This document shows, piece after piece, positions 50,678-64,000 of a DNA stretch of 64,000 nucleotides (position 1 is its first letter; the number at the start of each line of letters is the position of its first letter). The notes beneath the pieces are model-generated. The model saw only the letters and a list, made by a program, of their open reading frames with translations. It did no database searches and was not told the origin of the DNA. Made by a program: the position numbers and the translations under genes. This stretch comes from Octopus sinensis. Lineage: Eukaryota. The stretch is taken from assembly GCF_006345805.1 (NCBI RefSeq), contig NC_043015.1:15500001-15564000 (forward strand), read 5' to 3'.

Positions 50678-51567
50678 GTAAAATGTAAATAAATTATTCT
50701 TTCATGATCCTTGCATATTTCTCTCTCTTAGAGAAAATTTTAACATCCGTTTTTCAGTATGGCAAGTCTTAGACAGGTTTGTATTATTGTCACTATTATT
50801 ACTATTTTAAATCAGGCTATTTTTGTGAGCATCAATGAATCTCTTCAGAAGTAAGATCTGCCAGCTATGTAGACTGTCATAAATGTAAATTGACCACTAG
50901 TGCAATAGAAATACTGTTTGCAAATATCAATGTATATATTCCATGATTGAGATGTGAAAAATGCAGTCTTCTTAATCTTTCAGCTAATATGTGTTTGGGA
51001 ATTAAACAGCAGAAAGAAGAAAGAATTTAGTGGCATCAGCTGTCTAGTCATGAAATATCTCAGCTTAGCATTTCCTAAACGTATATCGCATATAGTTTAG
51101 TATTTTCTAAACATACATTCTTTTCCACTTTATTAGTTTTTAGACTGTGTAAACAGAAACATGGATGCAAACACACACACACACACACAGACATAAATCC
51201 CAAATTCCACTCACAAAGCATTAGTCAAATTAAGGCTATAATAGTAGACTGGTAAACTAATAACTTATTCATATATTACATAGCATTACAAGAAAAAAAA
51301 TCGCTTTGGTTAATGGGATAATGATGGTCAGAAGAAAATATTTCATTTGTTGAAGCCATTCTATTCTCAAGCGTATAAGTGTAGCTAATCATTTCTGTTT
51401 GATAAGTGATTAAGGAAATCTTAGTAGTAGATTCAACTTAATATGTTTGTACAGAAGATTACAGCAGGATATTGATCCAGTTTTGTTTTATTTATATTCA
51501 GTATAGTACCATGTCTGATCTCTTGGATGGACAGACTGCAGTATAGATCAGGCAATAAATTTTTGAG

Positions 51568-51622
<55 letters not shown>

Positions 51623-52189
51623 ATGTGTCTGTCTGTCTTTGTGTTTACATTTGCACAGTCTAAAAACAGGTGTTGTTGTTTACGTTAGATCCTTTTATGC
51701 TCTGTAACTTAGCAGTTTAACAAATAGGTTTGATAAAATAAGTAGCAAGCTGAAATGAATACTGATCAATATACTCAGTTAAATTTTCATCAGAAGTACC
51801 ACAGTATGACTACAGTTCAATTACTGAAATCAATAAAAGAATAAAAGAATTTGACGTTTCTCTGAAATATTTGTGTTGTTATAACTTCTGAAGGGAATAC
51901 ATATTTGTGACAATCAAACGATTTCAATTTTGACCTTTTTTCCCCTTTGGAAGTCAGAACCCCAAGAAAGGTATATCTGAATTTTTTAAATATTTCTTTT
52001 GCTCCTTTTTTTTTCCTAGTGATTTCAAGTGTTGAGATGCTAGAATGTTGGGGCTTTTTTATATTGATATGAGCACAAATATTGTGGAGTGAATACGAGA
52101 AATTTAAAAGACATACCAACTCTGCTATATGTGTTACTATAATAACTATAACAATATTACTATAATAATTATAGTATTAATTATATCAT

Positions 52190-52615
52190 CATCATCAGCA
52201 CCATCATCATCATTTAATGGTCATGTCCCATGCTGATATGGGTTGAATGGTTTGATAGAATCCAATGTGTCTAAGGACTGCATTATGCTCCAGTGCCTGT
52301 TTTAGTATGGTTCCTATGACTGGTTGCCCTTCCTAATGCCAACTAATTGATAGTGTATACCAGGTACATTTTTCATGCCATCTGCATTAGTAACAATCCT
52401 CTCTACTATAGGCACAAGGCCTGACATTTTGAAGGAGGATACAAGTTGATTACATTTGATCCCCAGTACATAACTGGTTCTTATTTCATCGATCCCAAAA
52501 GGACAAAAGGCAAAGTCTACCTCTCTAGAATTTGAACATAAAGATGGGTGAAATGTCACTATGCATTCTGCCTGGCATGCTAATGGTTCTGCTAACTTGC
52601 CATCTTGCTTGCACA
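52190..52615 (-). mobile_element. RTE-type 3' end followed by a SINE family B copy
   Basis: (CAT)n-TTTAATGGTCATGTCCCATGCTGATATGGG; GATCCCCAGTAC and GAATTTGAAC motifs. Confidence 0.7.
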
Positions 52616-52978
52616 AGTAATAATAATTATATAAAAAATCATAATAATGGTATTACAATAAATATGATAATAATTATACAATAATTATAATAATTATAGT
52701 AATTATAATAATGCTACTACAACAGTCATAATAACGTTGCAAGCAAAAGATCCATCTTTCTGCTGAATCTTTTCTTTTGTCAGATTTAGGTGACAGGTGT
52801 AGGATTAAAGATTCCCAAGACGTAAATAGAGGACCTGAGAATTCTGTTAATTGTTTCAAGCCTCTTCTCATTATATTTATACAAGATTAATGAAGTTCTT
52901 TATTAATATTTAGCAGAAGCAACTACTAAATAAAAAATATTAATTAAAATATATTATATAATATATTATATATATAAT

Positions 52979-53144
52979 AGGCATAGGAGTGACTGTATGG
53001 TAAGTAGCTTGCTTATGAATCACATGGTTCTGGGTTCAGTCCCACTGTGTGGCACCTTAGGCAAGTGTCTTCTACTATAGTCTCCAGCTGACCAAAGCCT
53101 TGTGAGTGGATTTGGTAGACGGAAATTGAAAGAAGCCCGTCGTA

Positions 53145-53191
<47 letters not shown>

Positions 53192-53410
53192 ATATATGTT
53201 TGTGTGTCCGTATTTGTCCCCCCAACATCACTTGACAACCAATGCTGGTGTGTTTACGTCCCCATAACTTAGCTGTTCGGCAAAAGAGACCGATAGAATA
53301 AGTACTAGGCTTACAAAGAATAAGTCCTGGGGTCGATTTGCTCGACTAAAGGTGGTGCTTCAGCATGGCCACAGTCAAATGACTGAAACAAGTAAATGAG
53401 TAAAAGAATA
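52979..53410 (+). mobile_element. SINE family A, full length
   Basis: Close match to 3430-3835. Confidence 0.9.
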
Positions 53411-53989
53411 TAAACAACACACACACACACACACACACACACATACTAATGTTTTGAGTTATATTTTTCCTGTTTGCATCACTAAACCTGTGCAAGAATA
53501 ATGTGTGTTTTTTTTTTGGTTTTTTTAATGGTTGCATGAATGGATTCTCTTGAAGTGAATTGAAAAGATTGTGTGAGTTCTTTTCAAAGACAACTTAAAA
53601 TTTGTTAGAAGGTTAGAGTGTCAGTGTGTTTGTTTTACTTTCCTAGGTTGATGAAGGTGTTTCAGAAATAGAATAAATGTATTTTGATTCACATTTGCCA
53701 TGTTTTAAAAGATGCTTTTTTTTCTATCAGTAAAATATTCTTTACTCCTTAAGCATTTGTAAGGATTTCCTATTGCACTACAACTAATTGTGAATCTCAC
53801 AAATCTGTAAGAAAACATTTCCTTGCCAAATATAGATACTTCAGAATATATTTTCATTTAATAATTGATTGTAGTTCTTCGTCAGGTTTGTCTGTTATGA
53901 AAGAATATTGCTATGAAATATTATAGTCTGTTCTTGGTGTCTCTCTATATGACCGAATATCAAATAAAAGCATCTGAGAAAAATGCCAG

Positions 53990-54200
53990 CAGCTGATCAT
54001 GAAAACTATGTCCAGCAGCACAGGCTACAGTGGTTTGGCCATGTCTGCAGGATGAGCATCAGAAGACTACCACACCAACTTTTATAGTGTCAGTGACCCA
54101 TGCACTGGAGGATCCAGTGCAGAGTGCCGAAAAAGGTATGGGCAAAACAAACTGAGGAAGACCTGAAGTTGCAGCACTCACAACAGAATATTGGTTGAGA
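53990..54200 (+). mobile_element. RTE-like LINE C-terminal remnant
   Basis: VQQHRLQWFGHVCRM..RLPHQLL. Confidence 0.7.
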
Positions 54201-54449
54201 GGGCAGTCTCCCTATCTGGATTAAAGAAGAAGCAGAAGAAGTTACATGAAAATATGTTGCAAGATTCTCGTACAGATAATACAGGGTAACATGTAGCAAT
54301 AGATGCTTCAAGGAAACATGTAGGTATAGATTCTCACGTAAGATTTACAAGTATTTATGGGCTCCCATATAGATTCTTAAATAGATATTTGAGAAAAATT
54401 TCTACAGGGCATAGCGAGTATAGGAAGAAATGTGATCTAGTTTTCACAT

Positions 54450-54780
54450 CATTCTTGGCGTAGCTTTTGTTCCTCAGATCTAACTGGTCTTATACCACCT
54501 CCATTCAACAATCCCTATTTACCTATCTCTCCTCCTCTCGTCACACATGTTGTGTTCACACCAATCCCCACTCCCAGATACCTCACTAACAAACTAACAA
54601 CTCACTTTTTTTTCCACAAGAACATCATTCTTCTGGAATTCCCTCAAGCCAGTATTTTTCTTGCAACTTCTAACTTGTTACTATGCAAGAGAAGCATTAA
54701 CTGTATTGGTTTCACCAGCCTTGGATGGTCTGTAAGGGAGAGGGCCACAGCCTTTGTCCTCCAGACTAAACCAATATAGA
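54450..54780 (-). mobile_element. Possible L1/Tx1-like RT remnant
   Basis: VRYLGV motif in GC-richer degenerate sequence; little else recognisable. Confidence 0.35.
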
Positions 54781-54864
54781 AATTAAAAAAATACTCTCAA
54801 TGTTGAATTTGCTTTTCATTTTACATAGTTCAGCCAGATAAATGCCAATGTATGTGTGACAATT

Positions 54865-55080
54865 TAAGGCAGTGAGTTGGCAGAATTGCTAGCATGCCAA
54901 GCAAAATGCTTAGCAGCATTTTGTCCATCCTTACATTCTGAGTTCAAATCCCGCTGAAGTCGAATTTGCCTTTCGTCCTTTCAGGGCTGATGAATTAAGT
55001 ACCAATTGAACATTGGGATTGTTATAATCGACTTAGCTCCTCCCCGAAACTGCTAGCCTTGTACCAAAATTTGAAACCAA
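54865..55080 (+). mobile_element. SINE family B
   Basis: Clear head, GAGTTCAAATCCC B-box and core. Confidence 0.87.
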
Positions 55081-56235
55081 TATATTTGTGGTAATACACT
55101 CAGCTAGGTTTCATCTTCTAAAACTCACCACATAATTAGTCCAAATAATATCATTGGATTTTAAAGCTTTTCAGATAGCAGAAATTTGATTTGATGTTGT
55201 TATAGAGTGTTGAATGTAATTTTATTTACTGCTTTCTGGCTCCAGTTGACATTGTATTGACATTTTATTACTAGTGATATGTATTGGGGTTTATAGCAGT
55301 TAATTAAATTATGAAATTTATTCTTGCCAATGAGCTGAATGATTTTAGAACAGCAGTTATTAAATTCTGTACTTCTTCCTCACACTTGGTCCATAGATTC
55401 AAATGTTATTACTGACCTTACATTTGAAGTAAGAACACAATAAAAATGTATGTCATTCATGACAGCTTGTAAATGTGTGAATTGGAAATTGCAGTTATGG
55501 TGATGGTGGTGGTGGCAGTGACAGCAGTGGCAGTGGCAGTGGATGTGGTGGTGGTGGTGGTGGGAGATTGATTATAACTGAGATTGGGTGAGGGAGGTTA
55601 TGTTGTTTGAGGATGCAGCCTTGGTGATGAGAGTAATCATGATGTTTGCAGCCATGAGAATATATCTTCTTTAAAATGAAGTTAAATAAAGCATGACTAC
55701 TATCTTTCCTATACGTAAGAGTAATCTTGATAAAATACCATTTCAACTAATTCAGAACTAAGGTTTCTTCATGTAAAGCTAATGCATGTAACAAATGTAC
55801 CCTGACTCGAGGAATAATATTGTCTCCTAGCAGAACACTTAATTCTACATGCTTCAATTAACATTACTGTTTACCATAGATATCAAATTTGGAAATATTA
55901 ATTGCAATAAGCTTGTGTCCCGTTGAAGAAGAGATTCATCTCTTTGCCAATTATTAGAACTGAAAGCCAAAACTAAACATCAGCATCATCAGTCACTTTG
56001 TCTTATCAATACATTTATTTACATTAATGAAGCTTAAGATTAAACTTCTACAATATTATCTCTGTCTATATTATTAACTGGGTGTATGATATTAACTATG
56101 CCTCTATCATTAACTGTCTGTGTAATATTATCTGCATTTATATTATTAAATGTATGTATAATATTATGTGTGGCTATATTATTGACTATATATTATGTTA
56201 TCTTAACCGTATTATTAACTATATGTCTAGTATTA

Positions 56236-57995
56236 TCATCATCATCGTTTAATGTCCGTTTTCCATGCTAGCACGGGTTGGTCGATTTGTCCGGGGTCTG
56301 GGAAGCCAGGAGGCTGCACCAGGCTCCAGTCTGATCTGGCAGTGTTTCTACAGCTGGCTGCCCTTCCTAACGCCAACCACTCCGTGAGTGTAGCTGGTGG
56401 TTTTTACGTGCCACCGGCACAGAAGCCAGTCAAGGCAGTGCTGGCATCTGCCACATTCAGATGGTGCTTTTTACGTACCACTGGCACAGAAGCCAGTCAA
56501 GGCGGTGCTGGCATCGGCCATGTTCGGATGGTGCTTTTTATGTGCCACCGGTACAGGTATCTCAACTACAATTTCCATTTGATATTTATTTTGATGTTGA
56601 TGTACTTGACTCAATAGGTCTCCTCAAGCACCGTAGGTCATGTGCACCAGCACAGAAGCCAGTTAAGGCAACGCTGGCATCGGCCACGTTTGGATGGTGC
56701 TTTTTATGTGCTGCCGGCACAGGTATCACGTAACTACAATTTCCATTTGATATTTGTTTTGATACTGATATTGATGTACTTGACTCAATAGGTCTCCTCA
56801 AGCACAGCAGGTCACCTTACGATCCGAGGTAAGCACAGCAGGTCGTTCTGCAATCCAAGGTACTTTGGATGGGGTGGGGCTATGTGAAACTGGTGGAGGA
56901 AGCAGCCCGGGTCTTTGCAGTCACAGTATATCTCCAGAGATCTCGGTCTTTCGTCATTGCCTCTGTGAGGCCCAACGTTTGAAGGTCATGCTTGACTACC
57001 TCATCCTATGTCTTCCTGGGTCTACCTCTCCCACTGATACCTTCAATTCTGTCGTGTGTGCACACTGACATTACACATCCAGCGGATCATGCTAGCTTCA
57101 TTTCTTTCAAGTCTACGCATGTCCTCTGCAATCACAGCCCATGTTTCACTACCATGAAGCATAGCGGTTTGCACACAGGCATCATACAATTTACCTTTCA
57201 CTGTGAGTGAGAGACCGTTTGTCACCAGTAGGGGTTGGAGCTTTTGAAACTTTGCCCAGGCTATTCGTATTCTAGTGGTGACACTCTCTGAGCATCCACC
57301 TCCACTACTAACTTGGTTACCTAGGTAGCGGAAACTATCAACTACTTCTAGTTTCTCCCACTGAAGTGTGATGAAATCTGTTTTCTGAGTATCTGTGGTG
57401 CCTATTGCCCCTGTGCATCTGCCGCACATGAAAGCTATCTTATCAGTTAATTTTCCTTTGATGTTACTGCACCTCTTATGCGTCCATAAGGAGTTTCTAC
57501 AAACACCTTTCCTACTGATCGAGTAGGGCCACCTGCCCGAGGGTGTGTGTGATGAGTTCGCCTTTCTGCTAACTATAACTTTGGTCTTTGCTACATTTAC
57601 TCTAAGGCCCTTTGATTCTAAACCTTGATTCCACACCTGAAATTTCTTTTTTCTAGTTCCAGTAGTGATTCTGCTATGAGGGCCAGGTCATCACCATAGA
57701 GGAGCTCCCAGGGGCAACCTGTCTTGAATTCCTCTGTTATTGCCTGGAGGACTATGATGAATAGAAGGGGACTGAGGGCTGAACCTTGGTGGACACCTAC
57801 TTCTACCCGGAATTCTTCACTATACTCATTGCCAATCCTAACCTTGCTGACAGCCTCTCTGTACAGGGATGTACAGCCCTTATTAACCATTCGTCAATCT
57901 CCAGTTTCCGCATCGCCCATCAGATAAGGGATCAGTGGACCCTGTCGAAGGCTTTCTCCAAGTCCACGAAAGCTATGTAGAGGGGTTTATCTTTA
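56236..57995 (-). mobile_element. RTE-clade LINE, second subfamily, truncated with internal deletions
   Basis: GVHQGSALSPLLF, WELLYGDDL, FRYLG, AMLHGSETW; repeat-rich 3' UTR 56400-56810; (GAT)n tail. Confidence 0.93.
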
Positions 57996-58130
57996 GCTAG
58001 GTATTATCTATATCTATATTATTATCTCTGTATATAATATCTGTGTATAAATTACCTGCATATATAATATTATCTGTGTGTATATTATTAACAGAATTAA
58101 CTAAATATTATCTGTATGTATGATATTATC

Positions 58131-58870
58131 TATTGGATTGTCTGGAAAGTTCATGCCGATTTTTAAAAGAAAAAAAAGTCAATAAATACTTACCATTACA
58201 TTTTTAATCAACCAAATATAAAACATTTTGTTGCACAATGCGTTTCCATCTTTCCTTTAACTAGAAAATACCCTCTTCCCAGAACTGAGGTGGTTTCATG
58301 GCAAAGAATTCATTAAGGTATATTTTTACGTCATCCAAGGAATTGAAATTTTTACCATTAAGACTATTCTGCAAAGACCTGAATAAGTGCAAATCCGAAG
58401 GAGCAATATCTGGTGAATATGGAGGGTGGGGTAACACATCCCAACCGAGCTGCAGTAATTTTTGTCTGGTTCCCAAAGAAACGTGCAGTCTTGCATTATC
58501 ATGTTGGAAAACAACACCCTTCCTGTTGGCCAATTCTGGACATTTCTCTTGAACTGCTGCTTTCAACTCATCCAGTTGTGTGCAGTATTTCTCAGAATTA
58601 ATTGTCTGGTTACTTGGGAGAAGCTCATAGTACAGAATTCCTGTCCAATCTCACCAGACACAAAGCAAGACATTTTTAAGGTGAAGAGCTGCTTTTGGGG
58701 TGGCTAAGGGTGGCTCATGTCGCTTACCCCAGGATAACTTTCTCTGAACATTTCGGTAGATAATCCATCACCTGTCACAATTTGCTTTAAAAAAGGTGCA
58801 TTTTCATTCCATTTATAAAGCAAATCACAGATGGAAATGTGATCCAAAAGGTTCCTCTCACTCAACTCAT
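58131..58870 (-). mobile_element. Mariner, same family as 21009-21574, 5' truncated
   Basis: TIR TTGGATTGTCTGGAAAGTTCATGCC; QHDNARLH...YSPDIAPSD; VTGDGL. Confidence 0.9.
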
Positions 58871-59639
58871 GTGGTACCCAAACATTGTAGTACCCAGATT
58901 ATAATGTCAGAAGAAATGCCACTAAGTATTTTTTCTGGTGCAGTAATGATACTGCTAGCTTCTGCCAGCTTGCCATCTTGTCTGTGTGTATAATATTATT
59001 CATATCTACGCCATTATTTTTGTATGTGATACCTGTCTTTGTATTATGAACTGTGTGTTTAAATTTATCAGAGTCTTTATGTAAAGGCAGTGAATGAGAG
59101 AATTTCCAAAGCACTGAAAAAAAATACCTGGCAGCAGGCTCTTTACCCTCTGATTTTGAATCCCAGCAAGATCAACTTTGCCTTTCTTCCTTGTAAGGTT
59201 GATGAAATAAAATACTGGTCAAGTACTGGGGTTGATGTTCATATAATTGACTAACCCTCTCCAAAAATGTGACACTGTCCATGTAAGAAATTACTACTGT
59301 ACTTGTATTATTATATTGTATTATATTATTAAATCTGTGTCATTGTGATTCAGGTGTTAGGCTCATGACTGACACATGTTTTTCAGCAAAGCATTTCATT
59401 TCCTGGTGCTCAATTCTGTTCAGTGTCAGTCAAGTGTTAATGCAGCCCTCTCACCTTCCTGTTATCACATCGTCAGTGTTACACCGTGACAGATATAGGT
59501 GACTAGAGAAGAGTCTATGTTTGCTACCAACTATGTAGACACCTAAACAAATTGGCAAAAGCATAGTACATGCTTCCTGAACATACTTGAATGTAAGTGA
59601 TGGCTTCTGTAATTTTTTTTTTATTCATATTAACTGACT

Positions 59640-59840
59640 TCGCTTATGCTAGTGCCACATATAAAGCATTCAGTCCACTCTGTGGGGTGGTTGGTATTAA
59701 GAAGGGCATCCAGCCATAAAATCCCTGTCAAAATAGACACAGTAGCCTGGGGTAGTCTTCTACCTGGCTGGCTCCTGTCAACTGTCCTACCCATGCATAG
59801 AAGATGGATATTAAACAACGATAATGATGATAATGGTGAT
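59640..59840 (+). mobile_element. RTE-related 3' end or RTE-dependent SINE
   Basis: GAAGGGCATCCAGCCATAAAA...CCCATGCATAGAAGATGGATATTAAAC(GAT)n. Confidence 0.72.
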
Positions 59841-60164
59841 GATTAGCTATATATTAAATGACAGTGAGCTGGCAGAATCTTTAGCATGCCGGACAAAATG
59901 CATAAAGGCATTTCATCCATCTTACATTCTGAGTTCAAATTCCACTGAGGTCACTTTTCAGGGTCAATAAAGTAAGTACCAGTTGAGTACTAGGGTTGAT
60001 GTAATCAACTTGCCCCATCTTCTGAATTTACTGGCTTTGTGCTAAATTTTTGAAATCAATATTTACTATATGTATAATATTTCCTGCATATTTAAAATTA
60101 TCTATTCTATATTATTTTCTATAAATACAATACTATATAATATACTTACACTATTAACTGCATG

Positions 60165-63010
60165 TATTAACTGTGGGATGGATGGTTTGACCAGAGCTGG
60201 CAAGCTGGAGAGCTGCACCAGTCTCCAGTCTGATTTCACATGGTTTCTATGGTTGGATGCCCTCCCTAACACCATCCACTTTACAGAGTGTGCTGGATGC
60301 TTTTACATGGCACTGCACAGGTGCTTTTATATAGTGCTGCATGGGTACCTTTGCATGGCACCACCACGAGTGCTTTTTATGTGGCACCAGCACAGGACTC
60401 TTGCAGGTCAATCTTCACCAATGGAGTGGGGTGATGACCAGTCTTAGCACTTCTAGAGTGGAGTATGGGTCTTCTTGAGTGTAGCAAGGTACCAGACATC
60501 TCAATCTTTGTCATCTCGCCTGAAAGTTTCAGGGTCCTGAAGTTGTTCTTCAGTACTTTCTCCCATGTGTTCCTGGTCTCCCACTCCCACATGTTCCATC
60601 TACTTTGGGAGATCAGCACTTCTTTATGAAGCTGTTGGCATCCATCTGCATCACATGACCAAACCAGCACATTCTTCTCCCTGCACACAGCAACTTGTTC
60701 CTCTTATTCCCAACTTCTCTCTCAATACATTAACACTGTCAAACATGTACACTTACATTACACATCCAGCAGAGCATATTAGCCTCTTTCCTCTCTAACC
60801 TTCACATGTCCTCTGCATTCAGAGCCTACATGTCACTACCATGTAGGATTGCTATCTGTATACATGCATCATACAATCTTCCTTTCACTTGGAGACAGAA
60901 ATATTTTGTGGCTGACAGAGCTAACAGCTCTCTGATTTCCCTCCATCCTATTCTTATTCTAACAATCACACTCTTTGTGCATCCTCCCCACACTACTAAT
61001 TTGGTCCCCTACATAGTAGAAATGATCTCCTACTTCTAATGAGCCACCAGGGCATTTCAGAGAATCAATTTCCCCAGTCTCTGTAGTTTTTATGAATCCT
61101 GTGTATCTTAAACATACAAATGCTGCCTTCTCTGATAAGCTTCTTTTAATCCACAGTACCTTTTGTGTCCATAGCTTACACTGGGTACACTGAATGGAGT
61201 TCCTACCTACACCTTTCCTGCAAATCAAACAGGGCCACCTACCTTAGGTGGGTAGGGTCTTGTCTGTTTCCTTACTTACTAGGACCTTAGTTTTTGCTAT
61301 CTTAAGGCCCTTAGATTCCAGGTTTTGCTTTCACACCTGGAATTTCTCTTCTAGCTCCAACATGGAATCTGCTACAGGGGCAAGATCATCAGTATATATT
61401 AGGTTGTCAAGAAAGTTCTTGTAGAATTTAAAATTTTGGTTTTAAGTGATGTATTTTCAAATTAATTTTCAATAAATTATTTTGACTTAATATATTATTT
61501 TAAAGCCTGTTTAAAAGCCTCTATCTAATCGTGTTACTCTTTCTCTTTGAATAATGAGGCCATTTTTTCCAGAACATTGAATACAACATGGACAAAAAGC
61601 GAATTTGCACAATTTTCTTTTTCCAGTTCAAACTAGGCTGAAAAGCTGCTGAAACAGCTCGTGATATCAATGAAGCGGTTGACCCAGAAACCACTAACGA
61701 ACGTACAGCACAATGGTGGTTCAAGAAATTTCGTAGTGGTGACAAGAATCTTGAAGATGATAAGTGTAGTGGTCGGCCATCAGATGTTGACAACGATCAA
61801 CTAAGAGCCTTAGTGGAAACCAATCCACGCACAACTGTTTGAGAGCTTGCTTCTGAATTAGATGTAATGTATATGACAATTTCCAACCACTTGAAAGAGA
61901 TTGGAAAAACAAAAGTACTTGAGAAATGGGTGCCACACGAATTGAATGACAACCAAAACAACGCCACTTTGAAGTGTCATCTTCCCTTCATTTACACAGC
62001 AAGAACGACCCGTTTCTCGACCGAATTGTGACTTGCGATGAAAAGTGGATTCTTTACGACAACCGGCGACATTCAGCTCAGTGTTTGGACGCTGACGAAG
62101 GTCCATGGCACTTCCCGAAGCCAAAGTTGCACAAAAAAGGTCATGGTGACTGTTTGGTGGTCTGCGGCCAGTCTCATCCATCACAGATTTTTGGATCCAG
62201 GTGAAACCATTACAGCGGAGAAGTACTGTCAGTAGATGGATGAAATGCAGCCAGCATTAGTCAATAGAAAAGGACCAATTCTTCTCCACGACAACACTCG
62301 GCCGCACGTCGCACAACTGACCCTGCCGAAGTTGAATGAATTGGGCTATGAAACTCTGCCTCATCCACCACACTCACCAGACCTCTCACCTGTTGACTAC
62401 CACTTTTTCAAGCATCTCAACAACTTCCTGTGTGAGAAATGCTTGAAAAACCAAGACGATGCCAAACACACCTTCAACGACTTCATCGCCACCAGAACGC
62501 AGGATTTTTATGCTACTGGCATAAATAAACTTGTTTCATGTTGGCAAAAGTGTATTGATTCTGATGGTGTTTATTTCGATTAAAAAAGTTTTGGTTGAGC
62601 AGAGATATGCGCATCTGAATTTAAAGATTAAAAACCGCAAGAACTTTCTTGATAACCTAATAGTAGTTCCCAGCATATAGTTGTCTTCTGTTACGGTCTG
62701 GAGGACAATGATTAAAAGGATGGGACTGAGGACTGAGTCTTGATGAACCACTACCTGTACATCAAATTCTTCACTGCACTCATGGCTAACTTTCGCTAAC
62801 TTTCACATTACTGTACATGGCCTGTATAGCTTTCACCAGTCACTATCCCTTGCCCTTTCAGAGCCCACGATACCACACAGCAGGGCACTCTATCGAAGGC
62901 TTTCTCTAGATTAGTATATATCAAGTATGATAGTTTATTCTTAGTAAAGTACTTCTCTTGCAGTTGCCTGACTATGAAAATAGCATCCATAGTGCTTCTT
63001 CCCTGGATGA
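60165..63010 (-). mobile_element. Old RTE-clade LINE interrupted by a mariner
   Basis: MDAIFIVRQLQEKY, LEKAFDRVP, VHQDSVLSPILL, WELL^YTDDL, KGVGRNSIQCTQCK. Confidence 0.88.
61399..62660 (+). mobile_element. Mariner DD34D (Hsmar1/cecropia-like), full length, defective
   Basis: TIRs TTAGGTT(G/A)TCAAGAAAGTTCTTG with TA TSD; WVPHEL, VTCDEKW, HDNTRPH, HSPDLSPVD. Confidence 0.95.
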
Positions 63011-63324
63011 AGCTGTGTGTGTGTAATACTATACAGTATTATTTATAATATAAACAGTGGAGAAAAAAATTATTAACTGTGCATATAATATTATCTATAT
63101 GTATATTACTTGTGTTTATATTATTAACTCTGTGAATATAATATCATCTATGTATATTATACTATTTGTGTTTATATGTGAGTATAATATCTACATTTTT
63201 ATTATTAATTGCATGTATATTATTGCTTATGTCTGTATTATTAGCTGTGTAATATTATCTATGTCTGTATAACTGTAATATTATATGCGTATCTATGTAT
63301 TGTGTAATATTACGTGTGTTTATA

Positions 63325-63740
63325 AGGTAGTGAACAGGCAGAATGTTGGACAAAATGTTTAGCAGCATTTTGTCCATCTTTATGTTCTGAGTTCAAATTC
63401 CGCCAAGGTCACCCTTTCAGATTCGATAAATTAGGTACCAGTTGAGTATTGGGGTCAATGCAATCAACTTACCTCCTCCCACCAAACTGCTGGCTTTGCA
63501 CCAAAATTTGAAACCAATATTATATATGGTTATATTATTAACATGTAAGGCAGTAAGCTGGTGCAATCATTACTATGTTGGGCAGGATTTCTTCTGGTTC
63601 TTTATGTCCTGAGTTCAAATGACACCATGGTCAACTTTGTCCTTCGTCCTTTCAAGGTCAATAAAATAAGTACCAGTTGAACACTAGGGCCAATGTAATT
63701 AACTAACACTTACCCTCAAAAACTGCTGGTCTTGTGCCAA
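63325..63740 (+). mobile_element. Two SINE family B copies
   Basis: Heads near 63325 and 63548. Confidence 0.8.
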
Positions 63741-63817
63741 GAATTAGAATGAATTATTTACCAAGTATAATATTATGTATGTGTATACAATTACCTGCAT
63801 GAATAATATCTTTTTTA

Positions 63818-64000
63818 CTCTTTGCTCTTTTACTTGTTTCAGTCATTTGACTGCTGCCATACTGGAGCACCACCTTAAAGAAGTTTTCTTAGTCAAAGAA
63901 ATCAACCCCAGGACTTATTCTTTGTAAGCCTAGTACTTATTCCATTGGTCCCTTTTGCTGAACCACTCAGTTATGGGGACACAACATCAGCTGTCAAGCG
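63818..64000 (-). mobile_element. SINE family A 3' half running off the window
   Basis: CAGTCATTTGACTGCTGCCATACTGGAGCACC tail. Confidence 0.85.

Noticed and set aside
1-56000. Exon-like segments with good splice signals but in-frame stops (e.g. 52-447, 1028-1123, 19890-19973, 25491-25841), tempting a readthrough, recoding or U-to-C editing hypothesis
   Set aside because: Every stop is one C-to-T step from Gln or Arg, so 'repair' always reads plausibly. Stop density is close to chance for ~68% AT DNA, and equally plausible frames occur on both strands. Needs homology or RNA evidence.
59440-59480. CTGACGA-TGT[GATA]ACA (minus strand)
   Set aside because: Next bases are GGAAG and helix I cannot form.

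Overview
AT-rich eukaryotic (metazoan) genomic DNA. The repeat families (tRNA-derived SINEs with internal TA/TG tracts, RTE LINEs with (GAT)n tails, TAA-targeted R4/Dong elements) suggest an octopod cephalopod; this is an inference from recall, not a database result. No intact host gene could be assembled. The window reads as an intron or intergenic tract dominated by decayed and nested mobile DNA: several DD34D mariners, a long-TIR DD41D element, a DD36E Tc1-like element, MITEs, Helitrons, a Penelope-like element, RTE, R4/Dong and L1/Tx1-like LINE fragments, about 40 SINE copies and many microsatellites. Most ORFs in the supplied track are microsatellite artefacts or antisense shadows of transposon ORFs. 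The most notable unexplained structure is three type I hammerhead-ribozyme-like motifs in and around the Penelope element, one with an apparently compensatory A3-U8 core pair. Also notable are a 5-kb nest of retroelements in a (TAA)n array, several near-perfect hairpins or fold-backs, and microsatellite-bounded tandem duplications. SINE and fragment boundaries are approximate; TIR, TSD and hairpin coordinates were read base by base.
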